A stretch of 64,000 nucleotides of DNA, taken from positions 256,001 to 320,000 of the forward strand of contig CAXXVZ010000003.1 of the NCBI GenBank assembly GCA_963678065.2, given 5' to 3'. Positions 20,454-30,563 of this stretch are shown in pieces (position 1 is the first letter of the stretch; each line of letters opens with the position of its first letter). The notes under the pieces were generated by a model. That model made no database searches, was not told where the DNA came from, and worked only from the letters and a program-made list of their open reading frames with translations. The position numbers and the translations under genes are program-made. The stretch is from Treponemataceae bacterium (GTDB lineage: Bacteria > Spirochaetota > Spirochaetia > Treponematales > Rectinemataceae).

Positions 20454-21543
20454 TACTAGTTGTATAACTCAAGAACAAATATTCAAAAAAAAAATTACAT
20501 TAATATCATTCATATTAAGCATTATGGTAATATTTGTTCATGCGAACAACAACAAACAATACAATAATAGCGGATTTGCTTATTGGTGCGAATATCTTGT
20601 TTCCGAAAATTTATGTCGCATGGCGGTTCCTCTATTTTTTGCAATAAGCGGTTTTCAGTTCTATAAAACCTATAGCTGGGATAGAATAAGGTATAAATAC
20701 AAAACGCGTTTTTTTAGCTTGATTTTGCCGTATTTTATTTGGAATTCGATATGGATGATCGTCTTTTACTTCATATCTAAGCTGCCAATAATAAATAGTG
20801 CGCCATTTTCGATGACCTGGGAAAATATATTCTACGGTATATTCTTATATAGGTACTGTTCCGTGTTTTGGTTCATGTTTCAATTGATATTTTTTGTCCT
20901 TATTAATCCTGTAATATATATAGCAATAAAGAACAAGAATGTCGGTGCAATTCTACTCGTTGGATTGTATATTGTATACGGATTTGGCATAAGTAAAGTA
21001 ATAACTGTAATTAGAATTGATTCTTTGATTTATTATTTAATCGGATCATATGCTGCAATTCATTTTAAAGAATTCGTATACTCATCAGAAAAAATTAAGG
21101 GTATAATAGGCTTTATAATGATAGTGATATCTCAGATATTATTTGCAATTAATTATAACCTCAATTTTGCTATAGTAGACATATTGATATTAACCATAGG
21201 CATGATTGGTTTTTTCTTTGTATTTTGCTTGATTAAAGATTCGAAAATCAAAGTTACTTGGTTTATGCAATCGACTTTTATATTATATGCTATGCATGGG
21301 CTGATATTGGAAACAATAAAGAAATTTGTGTTTTTAGTATTACCTCATACGCACATCATTTCTATTTTGAGCTACTTTTCCTCTCTGGTTATTACGATTT
21401 TTATAATATATGTTTTTATAGGTGTTATTAGCAAACACTTGCCAAAGATATATATGTTACTTTCAGGAGGAAGAAAACCACCCTTACTCGAAAGACAAAC
21501 AGATATTACAAATTCGACCAATAAGAAAGGAGTTATCAAATGA
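20446..21543 (+). CDS. Acyltransferase-3 family membrane O-acyltransferase
   Basis: MVIFVH, AVPLFFAISG, RFFSLILPY, FWF, ILYAMH; about 10 TM segments. Confidence 0.88.
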   Translation: MNSTSCITQEQIFKKKITLISFILSIMVIFVHANNNKQYNNSGFAYWCEYLVSENLCRMAVPLFFAISGFQFYKTYSWDRIRYKYKTRFFSLILPYFIWNSIWMIVFYFISKLPIINSAPFSMTWENIFYGIFLYRYCSVFWFMFQLIFFVLINPVIYIAIKNKNVGAILLVGLYIVYGFGISKVITVIRIDSLIYYLIGSYAAIHFKEFVYSSEKIKGIIGFIMIVISQILFAINYNLNFAIVDILILTIGMIGFFFVFCLIKDSKIKVTWFMQSTFILYAMHGLILETIKKFVFLVLPHTHIISILSYFSSLVITIFIIYVFIGVISKHLPKIYMLLSGGRKPPLLERQTDITNSTNKKGVIK

Positions 21544-22763
21544 TAAATGTAGTAGGTCTTGGATACATAGGGCTTCCCACAGCGTTGATGTTTGCGTCCC
21601 ATGGTGTAAAAGTTGTAGGCACTGACCAAAATAGAGAACTTATAACGAAGCTGAATAAAGGTGAAACGACCTTCAAAGAGGATGGGCTAGATGAGCTGTT
21701 CAACGCTGCTGTTTCGAAAGGGATAAAATTTTCGACCGAATATATATCAACTGATATATATATTGTAGCTGTAGCGACTCCATATGACAAGAAAAGCAAA
21801 AAAATCGACGCCTGTTATGTGACGGCAGCAATAAAAAACGTGATGACGGTATGTCCAAAAGGAGCCACTATTATCCTTGAATCTACAGTTTCGCCTGGCA
21901 CAATTGACCGGTATGTTCGCCCTATCATTGAAGCAGATGGTTTTACTATCGGGAAAGACATCAACCTCGTTCATGCACCAGAGCGTATCATTCCCGGAAA
22001 TATGATATATGAGCTGAAACACAACTCGCGCACCATCGGTGCTGACAATAAAGAAATTGGAAAAAAAGTAAAGGATCTTTATTCATCGTTCTGCGAGGGA
22101 GAAATCGTCGTAACAGATATTCGCACAGCCGAAATGACAAAAGTCGTCGAAAATACATTTAGAGATATTAACATTGCCTTTGCCAATGAACTCGCTAAGA
22201 TTTGTCGCAGCGATAATATGGATGTGTACGAGATCATTCGAATCGCTAATATGCATCCCCGTGTAAATATTTTATCACCAGGTCCGGGTGTAGGAGGTCA
22301 CTGTATTTCTGTCGATCCATGGTTTCTTGTAGGCGACTATCCCGGCCTCGCTAACATCATCTTGGCTGCCCGGAAAATTAACGATGGAATGCCGCGATTC
22401 GTCATTCATCGAATTAGCCAAATTATGAAGGAAACCGGACTCAAGGATGTAAAACGTATCGGGCTTTATGGCTTGACTTACAAAGAAAATGTGGATGATA
22501 TACGTGAAAGCCCTACATTACAAATGTTGGAGCAAATGGATGATGCGCTTTCTAGTGGATTAGTACAGGTCTACGATCCTTATGTAACCCTTGATATCGT
22601 TTCGAACCAACATCATAGCTTGAACTCTTTTCTCGACGCCATCGATATGGTTGTTATTATGGTTGGTCATGATGAAATCAAGCAGAATATGGATAAGCTG
22701 ACAGGGAAAATTATATTAGATACACGAAATGTCTGTTCCTTGGCTAGCTTATACAGGTTATAA
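21540..22763 (+). CDS. wecC: UDP-N-acetyl-D-mannosamine dehydrogenase-like nucleotide-sugar dehydrogenase
   Basis: GLGYIG, ESTVSPG, PERIIPG, GVGGHC, GLTYKENVDDIRESP; adjacent to wecB. Confidence 0.8.
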   Translation: MINVVGLGYIGLPTALMFASHGVKVVGTDQNRELITKLNKGETTFKEDGLDELFNAAVSKGIKFSTEYISTDIYIVAVATPYDKKSKKIDACYVTAAIKNVMTVCPKGATIILESTVSPGTIDRYVRPIIEADGFTIGKDINLVHAPERIIPGNMIYELKHNSRTIGADNKEIGKKVKDLYSSFCEGEIVVTDIRTAEMTKVVENTFRDINIAFANELAKICRSDNMDVYEIIRIANMHPRVNILSPGPGVGGHCISVDPWFLVGDYPGLANIILAARKINDGMPRFVIHRISQIMKETGLKDVKRIGLYGLTYKENVDDIRESPTLQMLEQMDDALSSGLVQVYDPYVTLDIVSNQHHSLNSFLDAIDMVVIMVGHDEIKQNMDKLTGKIILDTRNVCSLASLYRL

Positions 22764-22778
22764 GTAATACAAATATAT

Positions 22779-23885
22779 ATGAAGAAAGTAATGTTGATCT
22801 TTGGTACCCGTCCCGAAGCCATAAAGATGTGTCCATTGGTAAATGAACTAAAAACTAGAGAGAGTATACAAACTTTGGTTTGCGTAACGGGTCAACATCG
22901 TCAGATGCTTGATCAGGTTCTGGAAACATTTTGTGTGGTTCCCGACTACGATCTTTCTATTATGAAGGACAAGCAGACACTCTTCGATATTACAGTAAAT
23001 ATCCTGAACCGGATTAAGGTGGTACTTGAGGAAGTAAAGCCAGACATTGTTCTTGTCCACGGTGATACGTCAACGACCTTTGTGACTGCGCTTGCCTGTT
23101 TCTATTTTCAGATTCCAGTTGGCCATGTCGAAGCCGGGCTGCGCACATACAATGTCTATTCCCCTTATCCTGAGGAATTCAATCGTCAAGCGGTTAGTAT
23201 TATTTCCCAATACAATTTCTGCCCGACGGAACTGAGCAAATCAAATCTAATACGGGAAGGTAAAAAAACAGAAACAATTTATGTAACAGGCAATACCGCG
23301 ATCGACGCACTGAAAACCACTGTTCGCACCAACTACACACATCCAAAGCTTGTATGGGCCAAAGGCAGCAGATTAATAATCATCACGGCTCACCGCAGAG
23401 AGAATCTCGGTGAGCCGATGCGCCATATGTTTCACGCAATTCGACGCATTATGGATGAACATCCGGATGTAAAGGCAATTTATCCGATTCATATGAATCC
23501 CATTGTACGGGAAGAGGCCAATGAAGAGCTTGGTGGGTGTGATCGGATTCATATCATTGAACCACTCGACGTAGTAGATTTTCACAACTTCTTGGCGCAT
23601 AGCTATCTGATATTAACCGACAGCGGTGGGGTACAGGAGGAAGCACCGAGTCTAGGAAAACCGGTGCTCGTCATGCGAGATACAACAGAGCGTCCGGAAG
23701 GAATCAAAGCGGGGACTTTAAGGTTGGTTGGAACTGATGAGCAGGGTATTTACTATAATTTCAAGAATTTACTTGAAGATAAAAACGCATACGACGCAAT
23801 GGCGCATGCAAGCAATCCATATGGCGACGGCTTTGCATGTAGAAGAATAGCGGATATTTTAGAGGTTGGACATGTCACTTTTTAA
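22779..23885 (+). CDS. wecB: UDP-GlcNAc 2-epimerase (non-hydrolysing)
   Basis: FGTRPEAIKM, VHGDT, HVEAGLR, HRREN, TDSGGVQEEAP. Confidence 0.95.
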   Translation: MKKVMLIFGTRPEAIKMCPLVNELKTRESIQTLVCVTGQHRQMLDQVLETFCVVPDYDLSIMKDKQTLFDITVNILNRIKVVLEEVKPDIVLVHGDTSTTFVTALACFYFQIPVGHVEAGLRTYNVYSPYPEEFNRQAVSIISQYNFCPTELSKSNLIREGKKTETIYVTGNTAIDALKTTVRTNYTHPKLVWAKGSRLIIITAHRRENLGEPMRHMFHAIRRIMDEHPDVKAIYPIHMNPIVREEANEELGGCDRIHIIEPLDVVDFHNFLAHSYLILTDSGGVQEEAPSLGKPVLVMRDTTERPEGIKAGTLRLVGTDEQGIYYNFKNLLEDKNAYDAMAHASNPYGDGFACRRIADILEVGHVTF

Positions 23886-24921
23886 TAATAAAACTTTGAT
23901 GATTACAGGCGGCACTGGTTCTTTCGGTAACGCCGTACTTAATCGCTTTCTTTCCACCGACATAGGTGAAATTCGTATTTTCTCCCGCGACGAAAAAAAG
24001 CAAGATGACATGCGGCATGAATTTCAGACCAAGAGACCGGAAGTGAGCAACAAAATCAAGTTTTTTATTGGGGATGTGCGCGATTTGGCCTCGGTTGAAA
24101 ACGCTATGCACGGAGTAGATTACATATTCCACGCGGCAGCGCTTAAGCAGGTGCCTTCTTGTGAGTTTTTCCCTCTCGAAGCCGTCAAGACAAATGTTCT
24201 TGGTACAGATAATGTGCTGACTGCAGCGATAGACGAAGGAGTAAATACCATCATTTGCCTTTCCACAGACAAGGCTGCTTATCCCATCAACGCTATGGGG
24301 ACAAGCAAAGCGATGATGGAAAAAGTTATCGTAGCAAAATCGAGAACGGTATCGCCTGAAAAGACTAAAATCTGTTGCACTCGTTACGGCAATGTAATGT
24401 GCTCTCGCGGTAGCGTTATTCCGCTTTGGATCGAGCAAATCAAATCTGGTAATCCGATTACAATCACGGAACCGAGCATGACACGTTTTATTATGTCATT
24501 GGATGAAGCGGTTGATCTAGTGCTGTTCACTTTTGAACATGGTGTTTCCGGCGATATTCTTGTTCAGAAAGCCCCAGCCAGTACAATTGGTGTTTTGGCA
24601 CAAGCTACTAAAGAACTGTTTCACTCTGAGAAGGAAATTAAGATCATTGGTATTCGCCATGGTGAAAAAATGTATGAGACACTCTTAACGAACGAAGAAT
24701 GCGCTCATGCAAAAGACTTGGGAAATTTCTACCGCGTTCCTTGCGATAAACGCGATCTAAACTACGATAAGTACTTTATCAAGGGCGATACCATACGTAA
24801 CCTACTTATAGAGTTTAACTCTAATAACACACAAATACTTGATGTTGAACAGGTCAAAGCTAAACTACTGTCCTTACAATATATCCATGATGAGCTTGAT
24901 ACATGGGAAGCTGCAAAATGA
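23872..24921 (+). CDS. fnlA: UDP-GlcNAc 4,6-dehydratase/5-epimerase (FnlA/CapE/WbjB type)
   Basis: GGTGSFG, FSRDEKKQDDMR, AALKQVPSCEFFP, RYGNVMCSRGSV. Confidence 0.88.
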   Translation: MSLFNNKTLMITGGTGSFGNAVLNRFLSTDIGEIRIFSRDEKKQDDMRHEFQTKRPEVSNKIKFFIGDVRDLASVENAMHGVDYIFHAAALKQVPSCEFFPLEAVKTNVLGTDNVLTAAIDEGVNTIICLSTDKAAYPINAMGTSKAMMEKVIVAKSRTVSPEKTKICCTRYGNVMCSRGSVIPLWIEQIKSGNPITITEPSMTRFIMSLDEAVDLVLFTFEHGVSGDILVQKAPASTIGVLAQATKELFHSEKEIKIIGIRHGEKMYETLLTNEECAHAKDLGNFYRVPCDKRDLNYDKYFIKGDTIRNLLIEFNSNNTQILDVEQVKAKLLSLQYIHDELDTWEAAK

Positions 24922-25772
24922 AATTTCTTGTTCTCGGCGCTTCTGGCATGGCTGGACATACAATTGCTATCTATCTCAAAGAACAGGGATATAATGTCAT
25001 TGGCTTTGTTCGCCATGAAGTGCCTTTTATACCATGTGTGACTGGCGACGCTATGGATATCGGATTTCTACGTGAGCTGATCTACCATGGAGGATTCGAT
25101 TCTGTTATCAACTGCATCGGTATTTTGAACCAACCTGCCGAGCAACACAAAGACCAGGCCGTGTTTGTTAACTCATATCTTCCGCATTTTCTTGCTGATG
25201 TGACTAGCGGGACAAATACACAAATCATTCATATGAGCACCGATTGTGTGTTCTCAGGCAAAATAGGCAACTACATGGAGTCTTCCTTGCGTGACGGTGT
25301 GACTTTCTATGACCGTACAAAGGCACTTGGAGAGCTAGAAGACGATAAGAACATAACTCTACGCAATTCAATTGTAGGTCCAGATATTGACCCTGAAGGA
25401 ATCGGTTTACTCAACTGGTTTATGAAGCAGAATGGAGAGATAAAGGGATATACTGGCGCTATGTGGACAGGTATGACAACGCTACAACTTGCGAAAATAA
25501 TGGAAAAGACCGCTGAGCAGAGGGTGCATGGCCTATATAACATGGTTCCCAATCATAACATTAGTAAATATGAGCTTCTGAAGCTGTTTAACCATTATAT
25601 TCGGCACGATGCTGTGCAAATTAGTCCTTATGACGGCTTTACCGCAGATAAAACCTTGGTACGGACACGGTTCGACTTTGCAGAAATCGTGCCCGACTAT
25701 GCGATAATGGTGCGCGAAATGGCGGATTGGATGCGGGCGCATTCTTACCTATATCCACACTATGCTCTGTAA
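24918..25772 (+). CDS. RmlD-like 4-reductase (QnlA/WbvR type)
   Basis: GASGMAG, HMSTDCVFSG, YDRTK; lies between fnlA and a 2-epimerase. Confidence 0.8.
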   Translation: MKFLVLGASGMAGHTIAIYLKEQGYNVIGFVRHEVPFIPCVTGDAMDIGFLRELIYHGGFDSVINCIGILNQPAEQHKDQAVFVNSYLPHFLADVTSGTNTQIIHMSTDCVFSGKIGNYMESSLRDGVTFYDRTKALGELEDDKNITLRNSIVGPDIDPEGIGLLNWFMKQNGEIKGYTGAMWTGMTTLQLAKIMEKTAEQRVHGLYNMVPNHNISKYELLKLFNHYIRHDAVQISPYDGFTADKTLVRTRFDFAEIVPDYAIMVREMADWMRAHSYLYPHYAL

Positions 25773-25788
25773 ATATGGAGAAAAGTTG

Positions 25789-26931
25789 ATGAATATGCTG
25801 AAACTCATGACTATTGTAGGGACACGCCCGGAAATTATCAAAATGTCCGAGATTATTAAAAAGTGCGACAAATATTTCGATCATGTACTGGTTCATACCG
25901 GCCAAAATTATGATTATACACTTAATAAAATATTCTTTGAGGATCTTGGTTTACGTGAACCGGACTACTATCTAGAAGTTGTAGGTGATAATCTCGGACA
26001 AACAATGGGAAATGTAATTTCCAAGTCCTATGAACTAATGCAGAGAGTAAAGCCAGATGCACTTATTGTGTTGGGTGACACAAATTCCTGTCTCTGTGTA
26101 ATCTCAGCAAAGCGGCTAAAAATACCAGTATTTCATATGGAGGCGGGCAACCGCTGTAAAGATGAAAACCTTCCAGAAGAAGTAATAAGGCGTATTGTCG
26201 ATGTGACAAGCGATGTAAACCTTTGCTATTCAGAGCATGCTCGCCGATATATTCTAAATACTGGTGTCAGATCGGAGTACACGTTTGTCGTGGGGTCTCC
26301 GATGGCAGAAGTGTTTTCTGCAAATATTGAAAGAATCAAAAGTAGTTGTGTACTTGAACAATTGAAATTGAGGCAACGTAAGTATATTCTGCTTTCTGCT
26401 CATAGGGAAGAGAATATTGATATAGAGCAAAATTTTCTAGCGTTGATGAATGCAATCAATGCTATGGCTGAGAAGTATGATATGCCGATCCTCTATTCCT
26501 GCCATCCTCGGAGCGCCAAGTTTATCGAAAGTCGCGGTTTTGTCTTTGATAAACGGGTAGCTAAACATAAGCCACTAGCTTTCAGCGATTACAACAACCT
26601 GCAGTACAATGCCTTCGCCGTGGTGTCGGATAGCGGGACCCTGCCGGAAGAAAGCACCTACTTCAACTCGATTGGCTTGCCTTTCCCGGCGGTGTGCATC
26701 CGTACTTCCACGGAACGCCCGGAGGCGCTGGATAAGGGAAATTTTGTCATCGCGGGCATCACGACGGAGCACGTGTTGCAGGCCGTCGATCTCGCTGTCG
26801 ATATGGTGAGAAATGGAGACCTTGGAAGCTCTGTGCCCGATTACGCGGATACTAACGTGAGCGCTAAGGTGATAAAGATCATCCAGAGCTACACCAGTAT
26901 CGTGGACAGAATGGTGTGGCGCAAGTATTGA
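25789..26931 (+). CDS. UDP-6-deoxy-L-HexNAc 2-epimerase (FnlC/QnlB/WbjD type)
   Basis: VGTRPEIIK, HTGQNYD, LGDTNS, HMEAGNR, AHREEN, SDSGTLPEE. Confidence 0.88.
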   Translation: MNMLKLMTIVGTRPEIIKMSEIIKKCDKYFDHVLVHTGQNYDYTLNKIFFEDLGLREPDYYLEVVGDNLGQTMGNVISKSYELMQRVKPDALIVLGDTNSCLCVISAKRLKIPVFHMEAGNRCKDENLPEEVIRRIVDVTSDVNLCYSEHARRYILNTGVRSEYTFVVGSPMAEVFSANIERIKSSCVLEQLKLRQRKYILLSAHREENIDIEQNFLALMNAINAMAEKYDMPILYSCHPRSAKFIESRGFVFDKRVAKHKPLAFSDYNNLQYNAFAVVSDSGTLPEESTYFNSIGLPFPAVCIRTSTERPEALDKGNFVIAGITTEHVLQAVDLAVDMVRNGDLGSSVPDYADTNVSAKVIKIIQSYTSIVDRMVWRKY

Positions 26932-27043
26932 TATGCTGAGCCCAACGGTGGGTGATGTCGTTACCACCATGCTACCAGATTTGGACCCCTTGTTCGTGGA
27001 CAGGAACCGGCACGTTCTCGTCGGCGATTTGGGGGTGCGGACA

Positions 27044-27344
27044 ATGCCGAGAACGTGGCGGATAGATCCTGGTACCAGATTGAAAAAGTGTTGGCCGATG
27101 TCACCGCGAGACGTATTGAGAGCGAGAAAGTAAATCTTTGGTACAGCTCCGATATTTCCGACGAAGCGAAAGATCTTTTCAAGAAACTGAATATTGCCGT
27201 GCCCAAGAAAGTTCTTGCGACGGTTATAAGAGAATTTGCTGCGGTATAATAGTTTTCAGCAGTTTTCGTATAACCCATATCCAGAATATGGTTTTAGCTG
27301 GCTTTTCTATACCGCGCACTGTACAACGTCAGTTCAAGACAGGG
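27044..27344 (+). mobile_element. Remnant 3' end of an IS1634-like element
   Basis: AENVADRSWYQI...LFKKLNIAVPKKV to stop at 27249, then terminal-like GTCAGTTCAAGACAGG(G). Confidence 0.55.
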
Positions 27345-27391
27345 ATAATTGAACGCTTACTTTTTTCGAATACAACATATGGAGGTTAAGC

Positions 27392-28060
27392 ATGCAGAAT
27401 ATAGTATCTATTAATACACGATTAGCCACAATGTCTGATGTTGATGCGCTTACTAGACTCCATCTAGCTTCATTTTCTTCGGATGAGCATATTGGAACGT
27501 TAATTGGACCTAGATTTGTTAAAGCATCTTATAAATGGCATGTAACTGATAAAAAGGCTTATGTAATTGTTTCTGAATCGGACGGAACCTTATTAGGTTT
27601 CCTTGGCATGTGTGATGGGCCATTTACTATGCGTATGTTGAGAGGAAGCTTCTCGAAATTTATTCTTTCTCTTTTATTGAATCCTCATTTACTGATTGAT
27701 TATCGATTATGGGCACGATTGAAAAAGGAAAAACAAAGCATTAAATGGCTAAAAGATTTTTGTGAAGCTCCTGGTGTTGCGCAGATGACAATTGGTGCAG
27801 TGGATGCCAATGCTCGTGGCCATAATGTTTTCCCGGCTTTGATTAAAGCCTGTGAAGAAATAAGTAAAAAAAGAGATATAGCGGCTATAAGAGCTGGGGT
27901 ATATAGAGTCAATATATCCTGTCAGCGCGCATTTTTAAAAAGTGGATGGATTGAAGTATCAGAACTTGGCTCTGTTGAAACAGTTTTTTTTGTTTATATT
28001 CTAGATCCTGAATTATTAATAAAATTTCCACAGCTTAAGCTTGTTACGAAAAATAAATAG
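27392..28060 (+). CDS. GNAT-family N-acyltransferase
   Basis: IGAVDANARGHNV motif A, N...AFLKSGW; GGAGG RBS upstream. Confidence 0.75.
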   Translation: MQNIVSINTRLATMSDVDALTRLHLASFSSDEHIGTLIGPRFVKASYKWHVTDKKAYVIVSESDGTLLGFLGMCDGPFTMRMLRGSFSKFILSLLLNPHLLIDYRLWARLKKEKQSIKWLKDFCEAPGVAQMTIGAVDANARGHNVFPALIKACEEISKKRDIAAIRAGVYRVNISCQRAFLKSGWIEVSELGSVETVFFVYILDPELLIKFPQLKLVTKNK

Positions 28061-28142
28061 TATAAATATAGTGAATGCGATAAATGTTTGCATGCTAAAA
28101 TGAGGCAGCAATTTAAAAGTGTTTAGCAAGAGGAGGAAGATA

Positions 28143-29291
28143 ATGAGTATAGAGATAACATGGAAAGTACAGCTTTTCAAACTCAATTACAATGAACGCG
28201 AATACAACGCTGTTATGGACACCCTTAAGTCGGGATGGATCACGATGGGCCAGAGGACCTTGGATTTCGAGGAGGCCTATGCCAAGGAACTCGGCGAGGG
28301 TTCGAAGTGTGTGGCGGTTTCGAATGGGACGGCGGCGTTGCATATCGCGGTGCTGGCATGCGGGGTGAGGCCTGGGGATGAGGTGATCGTGCCCTCGCTC
28401 ACGTTCATCGCTGATCTAAATTCGGTGAGGGTGTCGGGCGGCGAGGTGGTGATTGGGGATGTGACGTCGCTCGAGGATTGGGCGATGGATCCCGCCGATA
28501 TCGAGGCTAAGATTACGCCCAAGACGAAGGCGGTGATGATCGTGCACTACGCGGGCTATGCCTGCGACATGGATGCGATCGTCGATATCTGCAGGCGGCA
28601 CAATCTTAAGCTCATTGAAGACTGCGCGCATTCGAATGGCGGATCCTATAAAGGCAGGAAGCTTGGTACCTTCGGCGATATTTCGGCCTGGAGTTTCTTT
28701 TCCAACAAGAATCTGGCGGTGGGCGAGGGCGGTATGGTCGCCATGCGGGATCCGGAGTTGTTTCAGAAGTGCAAGAATTTGCGTTCCCACGGGATGACTG
28801 TCGCCAGTTTCGATAGGATGAAAGGCCGTGCGGCTACCTACGATGTCGTGGAGCCAGGGTTCAATTATCGCATTGACGAAGTCCGCGCCGCTTTAGGGCT
28901 TGTGCAGCTCGCTAAATTGCCCGAGGCAAATGCCGCCCGCTCGACGCTTGTGGCGCGTTATTTTTCCAGGCTGGACGCGATGAAAGATTTCTTGAGCGTT
29001 CCGTTTCGCCATTACGATAGGGGAACTCCTACCTACCATATCATGCCGGTTCTTCTTTCCAAGGAAATCGATAGGGCCACGCTCATCGAGCGGATGAAGG
29101 AGGATGGCATCCAGACTTCCATTCACTATCCTTCAATACAGAGCTTCACCGCGTACAAGGATAGGGTTGGTCCAACCCCCAAGAGCCAGTACATCAGCGC
29201 CAACGAACTCACGCTTCCCCTCTATCCCACGATGACACTTGCCGAGGTGGATCTCGTCTGCGATTCCCTCGAGTTAAATTTGGGGGTCTGA
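28143..29291 (+). CDS. DegT/DnrJ/EryC1/StrS sugar aminotransferase
   Basis: SNGTAALH, IEDCAH, SFFSNKN, GEGG, GFNYR, LTLPLYP. Confidence 0.95.
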   Translation: MSIEITWKVQLFKLNYNEREYNAVMDTLKSGWITMGQRTLDFEEAYAKELGEGSKCVAVSNGTAALHIAVLACGVRPGDEVIVPSLTFIADLNSVRVSGGEVVIGDVTSLEDWAMDPADIEAKITPKTKAVMIVHYAGYACDMDAIVDICRRHNLKLIEDCAHSNGGSYKGRKLGTFGDISAWSFFSNKNLAVGEGGMVAMRDPELFQKCKNLRSHGMTVASFDRMKGRAATYDVVEPGFNYRIDEVRAALGLVQLAKLPEANAARSTLVARYFSRLDAMKDFLSVPFRHYDRGTPTYHIMPVLLSKEIDRATLIERMKEDGIQTSIHYPSIQSFTAYKDRVGPTPKSQYISANELTLPLYPTMTLAEVDLVCDSLELNLGV

Positions 29292-29297
29292 CCCTAT

Positions 29298-29350
29298 TGT
29301 CAACGCCGACGAGAAATTGCCTTTCCGGCAATTTATCATCGGCGACGACA
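29298..29350. mobile_element. 53-bp IS21-type miniature element
   Basis: 24-bp imperfect IRs TGTCAACGCCGACGAGAAATTGCC and GGCAATTTATCATCGGCGACGACA, 5-bp spacer, flanked by CCTAT at 29293-29297 and 29351-29355. Confidence 0.85.
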
Positions 29351-29370
29351 CCTATTTATCCGGAGTATTC

Positions 29371-30561
29371 ATGGATTTTGTACTTGACCTTATTGGTAGG
29401 AAAAACGAGCTTTTCGCCGCCGACCTGGTTGCCCGCGAGGGCGATCTGTCCCGCCTCGTCAAGGCGTCGCGTTTCCTTGTTATCGGCGGCGCTGGCTCCA
29501 TTGGGCAGGCGGTCACGCGGGAGATTTTCAGGCGCGATCCGAAGTTGCTCCATGTGGTGGATATAAGCGAGAACAACATGGTCGAGCTGGTGCGCGATCT
29601 GCGCTCGTCCATCGGTTATTCTTCTGGCGAGTTCGCCACCTTCGCGATCGACGCGGGGAGCAGTATTTTCGACGCCTTTATCGAGAATGGTCCTGGCTAC
29701 GATTACCTGCTCAACCTTTCCGCCTTGAAGCATGTGCGTAGCGAGAAGGATCCGTATACCTTGATGCGCATGGTCGACGTCAATGTGTTCAACACCGATA
29801 AGACCATGCGGCAGGCCGCTGCGGCGGGCGCGAGGAAGTATTTCTGTGTGTCGACGGACAAGGCCGCGAATCCCGTGAATATGATGGGCGCTTCCAAGCG
29901 CATCATGGAGTATTTCCTGATGCGCCGGAGTCTTGAGCTGCCGGTTTCCACCGCCCGTTTCGCCAATGTGGCTTTTTCGGATGGGAGCCTTCTCTATGGC
30001 TTCAACAGGCGCTTGGAGAAGGAGCAGCCCATTTCCGCTCCCAATGATGTCAGGCGCTACTTTGTCACGCCCAAGGAATCCGGCGAGCTCTGTCTGATGT
30101 CCGCCCTCCTGGGTGAAAATCGCGATCTCTTCTTCCCCAAGCTCGACGCCCAGGCGAATCTCATAACGTTCTCACAGATCGCGGAGCGCTATCTTAGGCG
30201 CCGGGGCTATGAGCCGGTGGAGTGTTCGAGCGAGGACGAGGCCCGCGCCCGCGTGGGTGAATTGAAAGCGCAAGGCAAGTGGCCGGTTTTCTTTTTCGCG
30301 AGCGACACGACGGGCGAAAAGGACTTCGAGGAGTTCTTCACCGATAAGGAAAGCCTCGATATGGAGCGCTTCGAATCCATCGGCGTCATCAGGAATGAAC
30401 CGGCCTATGACGCTCCCGCTCTCAAACGGTTCGAGGCGGAAATACGCGCCATGCGCGGTCGAGGCCATTGGACGCGCGCCGAGCTCATCGATCTTTTCAA
30501 CGCCACCATCCCCGAATTCGCCCACAAAGAGACGGGAAAATTCCTCGACGGAAGGATGTGA
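29371..30561 (+). CDS. UDP-GlcNAc 4,6-dehydratase (soluble CapD/LegB-like)
   Basis: GGAGSIG, SALKHVRSEKDP, STDKAANP, RFANVAFSDGS; GGAG RBS before ATG 29371. Confidence 0.88.
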   Translation: MDFVLDLIGRKNELFAADLVAREGDLSRLVKASRFLVIGGAGSIGQAVTREIFRRDPKLLHVVDISENNMVELVRDLRSSIGYSSGEFATFAIDAGSSIFDAFIENGPGYDYLLNLSALKHVRSEKDPYTLMRMVDVNVFNTDKTMRQAAAAGARKYFCVSTDKAANPVNMMGASKRIMEYFLMRRSLELPVSTARFANVAFSDGSLLYGFNRRLEKEQPISAPNDVRRYFVTPKESGELCLMSALLGENRDLFFPKLDAQANLITFSQIAERYLRRRGYEPVECSSEDEARARVGELKAQGKWPVFFFASDTTGEKDFEEFFTDKESLDMERFESIGVIRNEPAYDAPALKRFEAEIRAMRGRGHWTRAELIDLFNATIPEFAHKETGKFLDGRM

Positions 30562-30563
30562 GC

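Noticed and set aside
29297..29370. ORF starts at 29297 and 29317
   Set aside because: Both fall at or inside the 53-bp mini-element; the RBS-supported start is 29371.
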